A stretch of DNA of 64,000 nucleotides, taken from NCBI GenBank assembly GCA_964650255.1, contig CAZYQT010000005.1, positions 2,006-66,005 of the forward strand. Direction: 5' to 3'. This DNA comes from an uncultured Candidatus Saccharibacteria bacterium (GTDB lineage Bacteria > Patescibacteriota > Doudnabacteria > UBA920). The translations under genes and the position numbers were made by a program. Numbering within the stretch: the stretch's first letter is position 1; every line of letters begins with the position of its first letter. The notes under the pieces were generated by a model that saw only the letters and a program-made list of their open reading frames with translations, did no database searches and was not told the DNA's origin. This document shows, piece by piece, positions 41,142-50,092 of the stretch.

Positions 41142-41471
41142 ATGCCATACGATAAGCACACACAAAAAGCCTGGGGCATTGCAATTGTCCTTTTTATTAT
41201 AACACTGGTTGCTGTGTATTTCAAAATGCGCAACGCTCCAGACACTGTAGCTTTACGATACAATATTATCGTTGGCGTTAATCAGATCGGGAGTAAGTAC
41301 GAGTTGTTAAAAATTCCTGCCACTGGCTTGTTAATCGGCATTGTTAATTACTTACTCATTCGATTGCAGAAATTTGATAAATCATTTTTGCCATTTTTGG
41401 CAGCTTTGACCACAGTCATGGTTAATGCCTTTTTACTCATCGCAGTTTTATTTTTATTCCGCGTTAGCTAA
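41142..41471 (+). CDS. Small conserved three-TM protein (DUF1648-like)
   Basis: 'VALRYNIIVGVNQIG' between TM helices. Confidence 0.65.
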   Translation: MPYDKHTQKAWGIAIVLFIITLVAVYFKMRNAPDTVALRYNIIVGVNQIGSKYELLKIPATGLLIGIVNYLLIRLQKFDKSFLPFLAALTTVMVNAFLLIAVLFLFRVS

Positions 41472-41480
41472 AGTTTTAAT

Positions 41481-43157
41481 ATGTTCCGCACTCGCACACG
41501 CAGAGAACGATTTTGGGAAATTTTACCTGGCCTTTCCTTTTGGACGGTTTTTTTGGGTTCTATAGTCTTGTCTTTCGTTAAACCAGTTTGGGCAGCGGTG
41601 TTTATTGTTTGTTTTGATTTGTACTGGCTACTAAAGGCTATGAACACTTCGATTCATTTAATTTCGAGCTATCGCAAATTTCGAGTGTACGTAAAAATTG
41701 ATTGGCTTTATTTGATTAGCAAGCTGCAAAATCGGTCTGAATTAATTGAGCATATGGAAGAACTCGGGGTCAAGGCCGTCAAGTCGCTAGAAAAAAGGTT
41801 TTATAAAACCGAGGTAGAGAAGCTGCGCACAATGCCAGATAATGGCGTAATTAAGCGCCCATATACAGACTTCGTGCATTTAATATTAGTACCGTTTGTG
41901 GATGAATCCGAGGAAGTTCTTACATCAACTATCGGAGCTTTGGCCAGTGCTCAGTACCCCCATGATCGAATGATTGTTGTTTTGGCTTCGGAAGAACGGG
42001 CTGGGGCAGAGGCACAAAAAGTTGGCCAAGCCATGCTTGCAAAGTTTAAAGATAAATTTGCACACATGTTTTTAACTGTGCATCCAGATGGCTTGGAGGG
42101 GGAAATAAAAGGGAAGAGCGCCAATGCCAGTTATGCGGTTTCTTCGTTGCTGCCAAAGTTAGAAGAACTTGGCATTGCAGAAGAAGAGGTATTAATTTCT
42201 AATTTAGACAGCGATACTATTGTGCACCCGCAGTACTTTGCGCGCGTGATGTATGCGTTTTTAACTTCTGAAAAACCATACCGCCGTAGTTACCAGCCAA
42301 TTGCGATTTACAATAATAATATTTGGGATAGCCCAGCATTTATTCGCGTGGTGTCCATTTCGAATTCGTTTTGGCAGTTTACTGAAAGTTCCCGACCCGA
42401 CAGGCTTCGCACGTTCGCTTCGCATACAATGACCCTTAAGGCCCTGCGTGAGGTTGGGTTCTGGAAAAAAGATATCATCAATGAAGATGGATTTATTTAT
42501 TGGCAGTGTTACTTGCACTATAAAGGTGATTACGAAGTGGTCCCGTTGTTTATTCCGGTTTCGCTAGATACTTGTCTGGCTGACACTTTTTGGCAAACGC
42601 TGATTAATCAATACAAACAGAAAAAGCGTTGGGCATACAATGTGGAATATTATCCGCATTTGGTGCCAGCCATGTTAAAGAGTAAAGCGCCATTTTGGGA
42701 TCGGATGTATAAGTTGTGGCAATACGTTGAAGGTGATTTTAACTGGGCTACGGCTAGTTTGTTGATTACGGTTTTGGGTTGGCTTCCTTTGTTTATTGGC
42801 GGGCCGGAGTTTAAGGAAACAGTGATTGCTTATAACTTACCGCATGCTACCCGCACTCTAATGACGATTGCAACAGGATTTTTAATTTTCAGTGTGTACA
42901 TCAATTTAATTTTATTGCCACCGCGGCCAAAGAAATACAGTGTGTGGCGTAGTGTGATGATGTATTTGCAGTGGGTACTGGTGCCGATTGTTTCTGTGGT
43001 GTTCGGAAGTTTGCCAGCCATTGAAGCGCAAACTAGATTGATGATGGGTTGGTATTTAGAATTCTTCGTAACGCCAAAGGCCCGCAAAGGCGAAGTAACA
43101 GCTTCTACAATGCGCGAAATGCAAGCCGCAGAAAGCTCAGCAGGAGGGCAAAAATGA
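41481..43157 (+). CDS. Membrane GT2 glycosyltransferase with processive signature
   Basis: DSD, ED and QKKRW (QxxRW) motifs with flanking TM helices. Confidence 0.85.
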   Translation: MFRTRTRRERFWEILPGLSFWTVFLGSIVLSFVKPVWAAVFIVCFDLYWLLKAMNTSIHLISSYRKFRVYVKIDWLYLISKLQNRSELIEHMEELGVKAVKSLEKRFYKTEVEKLRTMPDNGVIKRPYTDFVHLILVPFVDESEEVLTSTIGALASAQYPHDRMIVVLASEERAGAEAQKVGQAMLAKFKDKFAHMFLTVHPDGLEGEIKGKSANASYAVSSLLPKLEELGIAEEEVLISNLDSDTIVHPQYFARVMYAFLTSEKPYRRSYQPIAIYNNNIWDSPAFIRVVSISNSFWQFTESSRPDRLRTFASHTMTLKALREVGFWKKDIINEDGFIYWQCYLHYKGDYEVVPLFIPVSLDTCLADTFWQTLINQYKQKKRWAYNVEYYPHLVPAMLKSKAPFWDRMYKLWQYVEGDFNWATASLLITVLGWLPLFIGGPEFKETVIAYNLPHATRTLMTIATGFLIFSVYINLILLPPRPKKYSVWRSVMMYLQWVLVPIVSVVFGSLPAIEAQTRLMMGWYLEFFVTPKARKGEVTASTMREMQAAESSAGGQK

Positions 43158-44212
43158 GCTACTTCGGCTTCGGCTTGTTCGCGTTTATAATGGCGGTGTT
43201 AATTACGCCAATCGTACGTTTTTTGGCGGAGCGAGTCGGGGCAGTTGATGTGCCTAGGCCGCCGCGTAATTTGCATACTCACACAGTTGCTAAGCTGGGT
43301 GGTTTGGCAATCTTTCTGAGTGTGGCTCTTGGTATGTTACTTTATGTGCACGCTGGAGCAATTGATCCTCTCATTGTGCCGTTTCGATTTGTATGGGCTT
43401 TGCTCTTGGGTGGGGCAGTGTTAATGGTCGGTGGTTTTTTAGATGACAAATACGAACTTCCGCCTTACATCTTGTGGATTTTTCCAACCATCTCTGCGTT
43501 GATAGTTGTTTTTTCTGGAATTGGAGTTGGAATTAAATTTATTAGCAACCCATTTGGCGCGCCGATTAATTTAGACTTCGCTTTACTTGGTGTGCCTGCA
43601 TCTGGTATTTTTATTTTTTTGTGGATGCTGGGCATGATGTTTACCACAAAATTTTTGGATGGTTTGGATGGACTTGTAGCTGGCATTGGTCTAATCGCTG
43701 GTCTGACTTTGTTTGCTCTGTCGTTAACCGATAGTGTGCAGCAACCAATTACTGCGAGTCTAGCAATTATTTTGGTTGGGGCGTTGGCTGGTTATTTAGT
43801 GTATGCGTTTCATCCAGCATCAATATTTCTCGGTGAGGGCGGCAGCACTTTAATTGGTTTTATTTTGGGAGTGCTCTCAGTAATTTTGGGCGGGAAGATT
43901 GCCACGGCTTTGCTGGTTATGGGGATTCCAATTTTAGATGTCGCTTGGGTAATTTTACAAAGACTGTGGTCGCGAAAAAGTCCGTTTCGTGGCGATCGAT
44001 TGCACATTCATTTTAAAATGATAGATTTAGGATTTTCCCAAAGACAGATTGCGTTGCTGCTATATGCACTGTCTGCAGGATTTGGTTTTACAGCGGTGTT
44101 TTTGCAAAGCATGGGTAAGCTTGTGGCCTTGGGAATTCTCTTTGCTATTATGGGCGTAATGGTATTGGGAGTGTTGTATGCGTACAAACGGAAACAATCC
44201 ATTAACGATTGA
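43154..44212 (+). CDS. MraY/WecA-family polyprenyl-phosphate hexosamine-1-phosphate transferase
   Basis: 'GFLDD', 'FLDGLDGL', 'FHPASIFLGEGG', 'HIHFK'; ATGA overlap with the upstream GT2. Confidence 0.9.
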   Translation: MSYFGFGLFAFIMAVLITPIVRFLAERVGAVDVPRPPRNLHTHTVAKLGGLAIFLSVALGMLLYVHAGAIDPLIVPFRFVWALLLGGAVLMVGGFLDDKYELPPYILWIFPTISALIVVFSGIGVGIKFISNPFGAPINLDFALLGVPASGIFIFLWMLGMMFTTKFLDGLDGLVAGIGLIAGLTLFALSLTDSVQQPITASLAIILVGALAGYLVYAFHPASIFLGEGGSTLIGFILGVLSVILGGKIATALLVMGIPILDVAWVILQRLWSRKSPFRGDRLHIHFKMIDLGFSQRQIALLLYALSAGFGFTAVFLQSMGKLVALGILFAIMGVMVLGVLYAYKRKQSIND

Positions 44213-44270
44213 CTTTGAGTTAAAATTCTGTTAGTATTCCACAGTTACAAAATTCCCTGGAGGTCAAATA

Positions 44271-44669
44271 GTGAAAACTCAAAGAGCAAAGAGAAGTGCA
44301 GATGAGCTTCTACAGGAGCTTGCCATTTTGATGCATGATAAGAAATATGATTCAGTGAGTGACTTGTTAGAGACTTTTCCCGAGTTGATTAACAATCTCA
44401 CACCACGATGCGAGGTCCCATTGGTTATGGCCATTAAATGTTGGGATCCAAAATTGGTAGGGATCTGTATGAAGCACGGTGCTAACCCGACAGAGAAGCA
44501 CCATTGTTCAAAGGACAAAAAGGATAAAATCCCGATTTTAATTACCTTTGAGCAGTTTTGTAAAAGGATCCACAAACTCAAGACCAGGCAAGCTTGGGAT
44601 AGACATTTCAGGATTTACTCCCAGATGATTCTTGAGATGACAGAGGTGGCTCCATTTTCAAAGGGTTAA
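44271..44669 (+). CDS. Orphan protein with one ankyrin-like repeat
   Basis: 'PLVMAIKCWDPKLVGICMKHGANP'; GGAGG site and TTGACT-N17-TAGTAT upstream. Confidence 0.6.
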   Translation: MKTQRAKRSADELLQELAILMHDKKYDSVSDLLETFPELINNLTPRCEVPLVMAIKCWDPKLVGICMKHGANPTEKHHCSKDKKDKIPILITFEQFCKRIHKLKTRQAWDRHFRIYSQMILEMTEVAPFSKG

Positions 44670-44679
44670 GCTTTAGTTC

Positions 44680-44708
44680 TTGACAAAATACCGCATTTTC
44701 GATAAGAT
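44680..44708 (+). promoter_or_regulatory. Sigma70 promoter of rplU
   Basis: TTGACA-N17-TAAGAT. Confidence 0.75.
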
Positions 44709-44744
44709 TATGTGGTATTTTAATTTATAAGAATCAATATATCT

Positions 44745-45053
44745 ATGTCATTTGCAGTTATTGCCACCGGCGGAAAACAGTATTTGGTTGCCAAAGGTGA
44801 AAAAATTCAAGTTGAAAAGCTAGAAGGTAAAGCCGGGGACAAAATCACTTTTGACCAGGTTCTCGCCACTATTTCAGATAAAGACTACGTTTTGGGTAAG
44901 CCTGCCATCAAAGATGCAGCCGTTGAAGCCAAGATTCTAAAGCAGGGCCGCGGTAAGAAAATTGATGTCTTAAAGTACAAGCCAAAGAGTAAGTACCGCC
45001 GCAAGATTGGCCACCGCCAAGCTTACACTGAAGTCGAGATCACGAAAATTTAA
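44745..45053 (+). CDS. rplU: 50S ribosomal protein bL21
   Basis: 'FAVIATGGKQY', 'GHRQAYT'. Confidence 0.97.
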   Translation: MSFAVIATGGKQYLVAKGEKIQVEKLEGKAGDKITFDQVLATISDKDYVLGKPAIKDAAVEAKILKQGRGKKIDVLKYKPKSKYRRKIGHRQAYTEVEITKI

Positions 45054-45064
45054 TTTGATCTTTT

Positions 45065-45091
45065 AAAAGCCACCCAAATGGGTGGTTTTTT
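45065..45091 (+). terminator. Intrinsic terminator of rplU
   Basis: GCCACCCA-AA-TGGGTGGT plus T tract. Confidence 0.8.
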
Positions 45092-45199
45092 GTTTTCCTG
45101 CGTGGGATTGACTTGTGTAAGTAAATATGGTATTCTTTTAAATCTGAAAACAAGCTTACTTGTTTTCGTGATAATAAAAAATACTAAGGAGACAATATT

Positions 45200-45886
45200 A
45201 TGTCAGTTGACACAGTTACGGAATGGCAGCGATGGCTTAGGCAGCAGCGCGAAAAAGGGAATATGCGTTTGTTCGATCATAATCTGAATCTGGAGCTGAA
45301 CGCTTCCGATGATGATGACGGCCGATCCAAATGGGGCGTCGGTAATTCTGATTACACAGGTCATCAGGCCTATCGACGCGATGATTCAGGTTTTTTCGAG
45401 GTCGAGTATGTCCAAGTTACTACTGACGGCAGAGAGGTCGGCGGCTGGTTCCAACCTTTAATCCGAGATTTGCCAGAAGGCGGAATCGCGGTTTTGGGAA
45501 GAGATAACGACTCTGAGCTCTTTTTGGTCAGTATCCGCGAGGAGCCCGGCAATCCGCCAGATAAAAATTATATTCTTTTAGGGCCATCTGCTCAGATGAG
45601 TTTGTCCAATGCTCGAAAAGATCACGGCGGTAACGCGCCGCCGCGGCACGAACTGATCAAAACCGCAATTTTGTTTGATCAGGTTCAGGACGGAGGACGT
45701 TTTAGGAACAAGGTCAATCAGATCGGGTTCACGGTGATCCCCTCGATACGGGATATAACGCTCAGTGATAAGGAGAGAATTTTCACCCGGGCAGAGTTGG
45801 TCGAGGCTATTCGTGCAGGGGAGTGCAACTCTCACCTCGTCGAGATCTTCTCGCGCGTTTCCGCTGACCTGCTACGTCTTCAATAA
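45200..45886 (+). CDS. NDP-hexose 2,3-dehydratase-like single-domain protein
   Basis: 'GFFEVEYVQV...WFQPLI...EEPGN...LGPSAQMSLSN...QDGGRF' resembles the 2,3-dehydratase repeat unit. Confidence 0.7.
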   Translation: MSVDTVTEWQRWLRQQREKGNMRLFDHNLNLELNASDDDDGRSKWGVGNSDYTGHQAYRRDDSGFFEVEYVQVTTDGREVGGWFQPLIRDLPEGGIAVLGRDNDSELFLVSIREEPGNPPDKNYILLGPSAQMSLSNARKDHGGNAPPRHELIKTAILFDQVQDGGRFRNKVNQIGFTVIPSIRDITLSDKERIFTRAELVEAIRAGECNSHLVEIFSRVSADLLRLQ

Positions 45887-45915
45887 ATGCTTAGCAAGTT
45901 CGGTCAACCTATTTG

Positions 45916-45955
45916 GGCACAAAGTCAATCAAACGACTTTGTGCCTTCTTTTTTT
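45916..45955 (+). terminator. Intrinsic terminator
   Basis: GGCACAAAGTC-N8-GACTTTGTGCC plus TTCTTTTTTT. Confidence 0.8.
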
Positions 45956-45986
45956 ATATCCAAAAAATTGCTATAATCAAGCCAAT

Positions 45987-46988
45987 ATGGCTAAGGTAAC
46001 GTTAATTCAGGTGGTTTGGAACAGCCGCAAATTCATTGAGCGGGTGTTTGCTGCAGCGCTTAATCAAACCTATAAAGATATTGAAATGGTTGCTGTAATT
46101 TCTGGCAATGAAGATGGCGGCAAAGAACTTATTCAAGAGAAATTTCCACAAGTAAAAATTATTGACCCAGGTTTTAATATTGGTTTTTCCCGCGGGCATA
46201 ATGAGTACTTTGAAAAAAGTGATTCCGAGTTTTTTCAACTCGTAAATCCAGATTTAATTATGGCGCCAACTTACGTGGAAGAAATGTTGAAGGCCTTTGA
46301 AGATCCCGCTGTAGGCGCAGCAACTGGAAAACTTTTGCGTTACGACTTTGACAACAACAAACCTTTAGATATTATAGATACCACTGGCGTGGTGTTTAGT
46401 AAAAGTGGTCGGGGCCGCGACCGTGGTCAGCACGAAGTAGACAAAGGTCAATACGACAGCTTAACAAAAGTTTTAGCAGTATCTGGTGCGGGACCAATGT
46501 ATCGAAAATCAGCGCTAGAAGCAGTTAAGACAATTGGCGCAGATGGCCGCTCGCAATATTTTGATGAAGACTTTCATTCCTACTGGGAAGATGTTGATCT
46601 TGGTATGCGCATGACGAACGCAGGGCTGAAGTGTGTTTTCGTGCCCAAAGCTGTGGCTTGGCATGGACGTGCAGCAGGATCGAGTAAGGGTGGGTATAAA
46701 AAGTTATTTTCTTACATTAAGTTCCATAATAAAATTAGTCCTTGGGTGAGGCAGCTAAATTACCGTAACCACATTTTCTTATTTTTAAAAAATACTCCTC
46801 GATTTTACCTAAAATTCTTTGCGCGAGAGATCTTCATGTTCGGCTATATTTTATTGTTTGAAACTGCTACATTAAAGGTATTGCCCCAGCTTTTTAAGCT
46901 CCTGCCGTCAATGTGGCAAAAACGCAAAGCCATTCAAAAATCCCGAAAAATCCCCGTAGAAGAATTTGAATCAATGCTCATTAATTAA
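45987..46988 (+). CDS. GT2 glycosyltransferase (rhamnosyltransferase-like)
   Basis: 'NIGFSRGHN', 'NPD', 'FDEDFHSYWEDVDL'; start MAKVTL after TGCTATAAT. Confidence 0.88.
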   Translation: MAKVTLIQVVWNSRKFIERVFAAALNQTYKDIEMVAVISGNEDGGKELIQEKFPQVKIIDPGFNIGFSRGHNEYFEKSDSEFFQLVNPDLIMAPTYVEEMLKAFEDPAVGAATGKLLRYDFDNNKPLDIIDTTGVVFSKSGRGRDRGQHEVDKGQYDSLTKVLAVSGAGPMYRKSALEAVKTIGADGRSQYFDEDFHSYWEDVDLGMRMTNAGLKCVFVPKAVAWHGRAAGSSKGGYKKLFSYIKFHNKISPWVRQLNYRNHIFLFLKNTPRFYLKFFAREIFMFGYILLFETATLKVLPQLFKLLPSMWQKRKAIQKSRKIPVEEFESMLIN

Positions 46989-47010
46989 TATTTATAAATA
47001 ATTCACACCA

Positions 47011-47901
47011 ATGGATTTAAGCATAATCATCGTTCCATATAAATGTAAGGACAACGTCGACATCACACTCGAGGCGGTTTTTAATTCTAAAACTCAATAC
47101 TCTTACGAAGTAATTATTGTTGATAACGATTCTAAAGACGGCACCGTGGAAATGATCCGCGAAAAGTATTTGAGCAACCCAGAAATTGCCGCTAAAACAA
47201 CCTTGATTGAGAATACTAACGAAGGCTTTGGCAAGGGAAATAATCGCGGTATTAAAATTGCGAAAGGAGAATATGTATTACTACTTAATCCGGACACTAA
47301 GGTTGCAGAAGACAACTTTGAAGTCATGATCAATTTCTTGAAGGCACATCCAAATGTTGGTATGGCAGGATGCAAACTTATTAAGGGCGATGGGGAAGTA
47401 GATTTGGCTTGCCGCCGTAGTGAACCAGACCCACGCGTGTCTTTTTACCGCCTAAGTGGTTTGCAATACATTTTTCCAAAAACCTTTGGTGGTTACAATG
47501 TTTTAGACAAAGGCTTTGACGAGGAAACTGAGATTGATTGTATCTCTGGTGCTTATATGATGATGACTAAAGATTGCTTACGCCAAGTTACTGGCTTCGA
47601 CGAAAGCTTCTTTATGTACGGCGAAGATATCGATCTGTGTCGCAGGGTTCGCCAAGCTGGATATAAAGTTTGGTATTATCCTAAAACTTATTCCTATCAC
47701 TTTAAGGGTCAGTCATCTAAGAAAGCATCAAAGTTTTCTTTGTTCCACTTCCATAACGCCATGTGGATTTATTATAAAAAGTACTATTACCACAAGAGCA
47801 GCTTCATTATGAATGGTTTAGTTTATTTCGGAATTTGGGCACGTTACTATTTAAAGTTGGTTATTAATCATTTCAAAACCGATAAAGCGATTAGTAAATA
47901 A
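47011..47901 (+). CDS. GT2 glycosyltransferase (WbbL-like rhamnosyltransferase)
   Basis: 'VDNDSKDG', 'LLNPDT', 'GFDESFFMYGEDIDLC'. Confidence 0.9.
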   Translation: MDLSIIIVPYKCKDNVDITLEAVFNSKTQYSYEVIIVDNDSKDGTVEMIREKYLSNPEIAAKTTLIENTNEGFGKGNNRGIKIAKGEYVLLLNPDTKVAEDNFEVMINFLKAHPNVGMAGCKLIKGDGEVDLACRRSEPDPRVSFYRLSGLQYIFPKTFGGYNVLDKGFDEETEIDCISGAYMMMTKDCLRQVTGFDESFFMYGEDIDLCRRVRQAGYKVWYYPKTYSYHFKGQSSKKASKFSLFHFHNAMWIYYKKYYYHKSSFIMNGLVYFGIWARYYLKLVINHFKTDKAISK

Positions 47902-47915
47902 TATTTTGAGTTTTT

Positions 47916-47941
47916 AAAAACCGCGTTTACCACGCGGTTTT
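47916..47941. terminator. Bidirectional terminator
   Basis: AAAAACCGCGT...ACGCGGTTTT between convergent genes. Confidence 0.65.
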
Positions 47942-48382
47942 AATTTTATCCCAATGTTTACGGAGTAGGTCGCCATGTTCAGGAACAATATTTTCAGGGA
48001 TTTCTTTGAATACCTGGATGGCTGAAGAGTCTTCATCATGTTTCAGGGTCCCAGAAACTACATCGCACATGAATGTCGCACTAATTGTATAACCGTAGCC
48101 TCGTTCTTTTTCCTCTTCCGGAAAATACATATGATCCAAAAATGATAAGTTGTTAACTTCTAATCCAGTTTCTTCTAGCGCTGTTCGTATTACTGCTGCC
48201 TCAAGAGTTTCTTTAAAGAACACCATGCTTCCAGGAAAATGCCAAAGCCCTTCCCAGCCACCATTTTTGCGGAGCAATAAAACAACTCCGTCCTTACCGC
48301 GAATGACTATATCTACAGTCAGTCGGGTTATTTTTGAGTAGATAGCTTTGTACTCCTCGAACGGAATTGGTTTTTGGCCCAT
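47927..48382 (-). CDS. Nudix hydrolase (sugar-nucleotide hydrolase-like)
   Basis: 'PGSMVFFKETLEAAVIRTALEETGL' Nudix box; last gene of the rml operon. Confidence 0.85.
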   Translation of the reverse strand: MGQKPIPFEEYKAIYSKITRLTVDIVIRGKDGVVLLLRKNGGWEGLWHFPGSMVFFKETLEAAVIRTALEETGLEVNNLSFLDHMYFPEEEKERGYGYTISATFMCDVVSGTLKHDEDSSAIQVFKEIPENIVPEHGDLLRKHWDKIKTAW

Positions 48383-48391
48383 AGTATATTG

Positions 48392-49150
48392 TTAAACTCC
48401 AAAAGTAGTTTGAGTACTGACTGGTTTTGGCTTGTTTGCTTGTTCACGCCTCCAGACATTTGCCTCATGATAAGATTCTATTGTACCAGCGTCAATCCAG
48501 GCCCCTTTCATAATCTCAGCTTTTAAGATGCCCTTTTCGCGGTACCAGTTATTTAAATCAGTAATTTCTAGTTCACCGCGAGCAGATGGTCTTTGTCCCT
48601 TAGCTGCCCCAACAACCTGATTGTCGTAAATGTAGATTCCAGTTTGGGCATACGGTGATTTGGGATGCATAGGTTTTTCTTCAATATCCAAAACTTTATT
48701 ATCTTTGTCTAAGATTACGTTACCCAATCGACTGCGCTCCTCGACCGGCACTTCTTTTACAAAAATTGTTGCCCCAGATTGAAAGTTTGTAATTGCATCG
48801 GTAATGGAATCTTCAAAAATATTATCACCTAAAATAAGAGTGACGTTATCGCCATCGTCCAAAAAGTTTTCGCCTATAATAAAGGCTTGCGCCAGGCCAT
48901 CAGGCTTGTCCTGAATTTCATAGGTAAATTTTGCACCAAAATCTTTACCAGAGCCTAATACGCGCATGTAGTCGCCGCAATGATCCGGAGCAACAATAAT
49001 TAAAATTTCTCTAACGCCGGCTTCGACCAATTTTTCAATTGGATAGAAGATCATTGGCTTATCATAAATTGGCAACAACTGCTTCGATGTTACCTTGGTT
49101 AGGGGATATAGCCTTGTTCCTAAGCCTCCGGAAAGAATGATGCCTTTCAT
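48392..49150 (-). CDS. rmlA: Glucose-1-phosphate thymidylyltransferase
   Basis: 'GGLGTRLYPLT...SKQLLPIYDKPMI', 'SARGELEITD', 'WIDAGT'. Confidence 0.93.
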   Translation of the reverse strand: MKGIILSGGLGTRLYPLTKVTSKQLLPIYDKPMIFYPIEKLVEAGVREILIIVAPDHCGDYMRVLGSGKDFGAKFTYEIQDKPDGLAQAFIIGENFLDDGDNVTLILGDNIFEDSITDAITNFQSGATIFVKEVPVEERSRLGNVILDKDNKVLDIEEKPMHPKSPYAQTGIYIYDNQVVGAAKGQRPSARGELEITDLNNWYREKGILKAEIMKGAWIDAGTIESYHEANVWRREQANKPKPVSTQTTFGV

Positions 49151-49157
49151 TTATGTA

Positions 49158-50066
49158 TTATTTCACTAGACTTAATTTGTAATCTGTTTCTTGTTGCGTT
49201 TCTTCAAGAATTTCTTGGGCACGTTCGAGATTGGCCTTGAATTCTGGGAGTAGGCGACGCAATCGGGATTCGATTTCTTCCAACTCAATACCGAGCGCTT
49301 TTAATTTTGATGTATTTAGCACGCAGTCAACGCGCGTGGCAAGAGTCATGGCATTCAACTCATCTTTGGAGATTATGCTAATTTCCATATCGGGTTTTAC
49401 CAATTCTTTTAACAGCTGTGCCAAGCGGAATGGGGTCATAATTCCTGGGTTAGTAATATTGTAGAGTCCTTCTGCTCGAAGACCAATTAATTTATCCGTT
49501 ACTTCTATTAAGTCTTCAACAATCGTCATCGAATTAGCTGTATCAATGAATTTGTTGTAGGTTAAAAGCTTTGTTAAAGCATTTCGTTTATTTGCTTTGG
49601 CACTCATAAGCTGTCGGCCGCGAAGTAGGAGTACTTTTAGCCCTTGGCGTGCAGCGCGTTCCATAAGCAAATTTTCTGCCCAGACTTTTGTCCAAGAGTA
49701 AAAGGCCAAAGGATGAGCTGGGTCATCCTCAGTGTGGACAATATCTGCTGACTGACTTTCTTGCACGCAGCCGCTTGAGAGGTGCACTAGATAAACACCT
49801 GCTTCTTGGCAAGCTCGCCCAATTGTATCAGAGCCTAAAGTATTAACATCGAAGCACTCTAATTGATTCTGCTCACACCAGTCCAAGTTGGTTTTACCAG
49901 CGCAATTAATGACAACGTCTGGTTGAAAGTCTGCAATGGCGCTACTAACTTGATCAAAATTGCGTATGTCCACGTCTTGATCGATGGCCACTTCCTCACC
50001 TTTTTCTAGGTAGTATTCTTCATAGGCTTGGCCAAGTTGCCCTCGGCCGAATATTAGTACTTTCAT
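49158..50066 (-). CDS. dTDP-4-dehydrorhamnose reductase family, NRS/ER (bifunctional 3,5-epimerase/4-reductase)-like
   Basis: 'NLDWCE', 'SSGC', 'FYSWTK', 'RNALTKLLTYNK...NSMT', 'YNITNPG'. Confidence 0.8.
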   Translation of the reverse strand: MKVLIFGRGQLGQAYEEYYLEKGEEVAIDQDVDIRNFDQVSSAIADFQPDVVINCAGKTNLDWCEQNQLECFDVNTLGSDTIGRACQEAGVYLVHLSSGCVQESQSADIVHTEDDPAHPLAFYSWTKVWAENLLMERAARQGLKVLLLRGRQLMSAKANKRNALTKLLTYNKFIDTANSMTIVEDLIEVTDKLIGLRAEGLYNITNPGIMTPFRLAQLLKELVKPDMEISIISKDELNAMTLATRVDCVLNTSKLKALGIELEEIESRLRRLLPEFKANLERAQEILEETQQETDYKLSLVK

Positions 50067-50092
50067 ATTTTTGTAGTTAATTTGTTGATGGG

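Noticed and set aside
44745-45053. rplU without adjacent rpmA, and the mre cluster without rodA
   Set aside because: Operon fragmentation is common in reduced genomes, and absence cannot be judged from one window.
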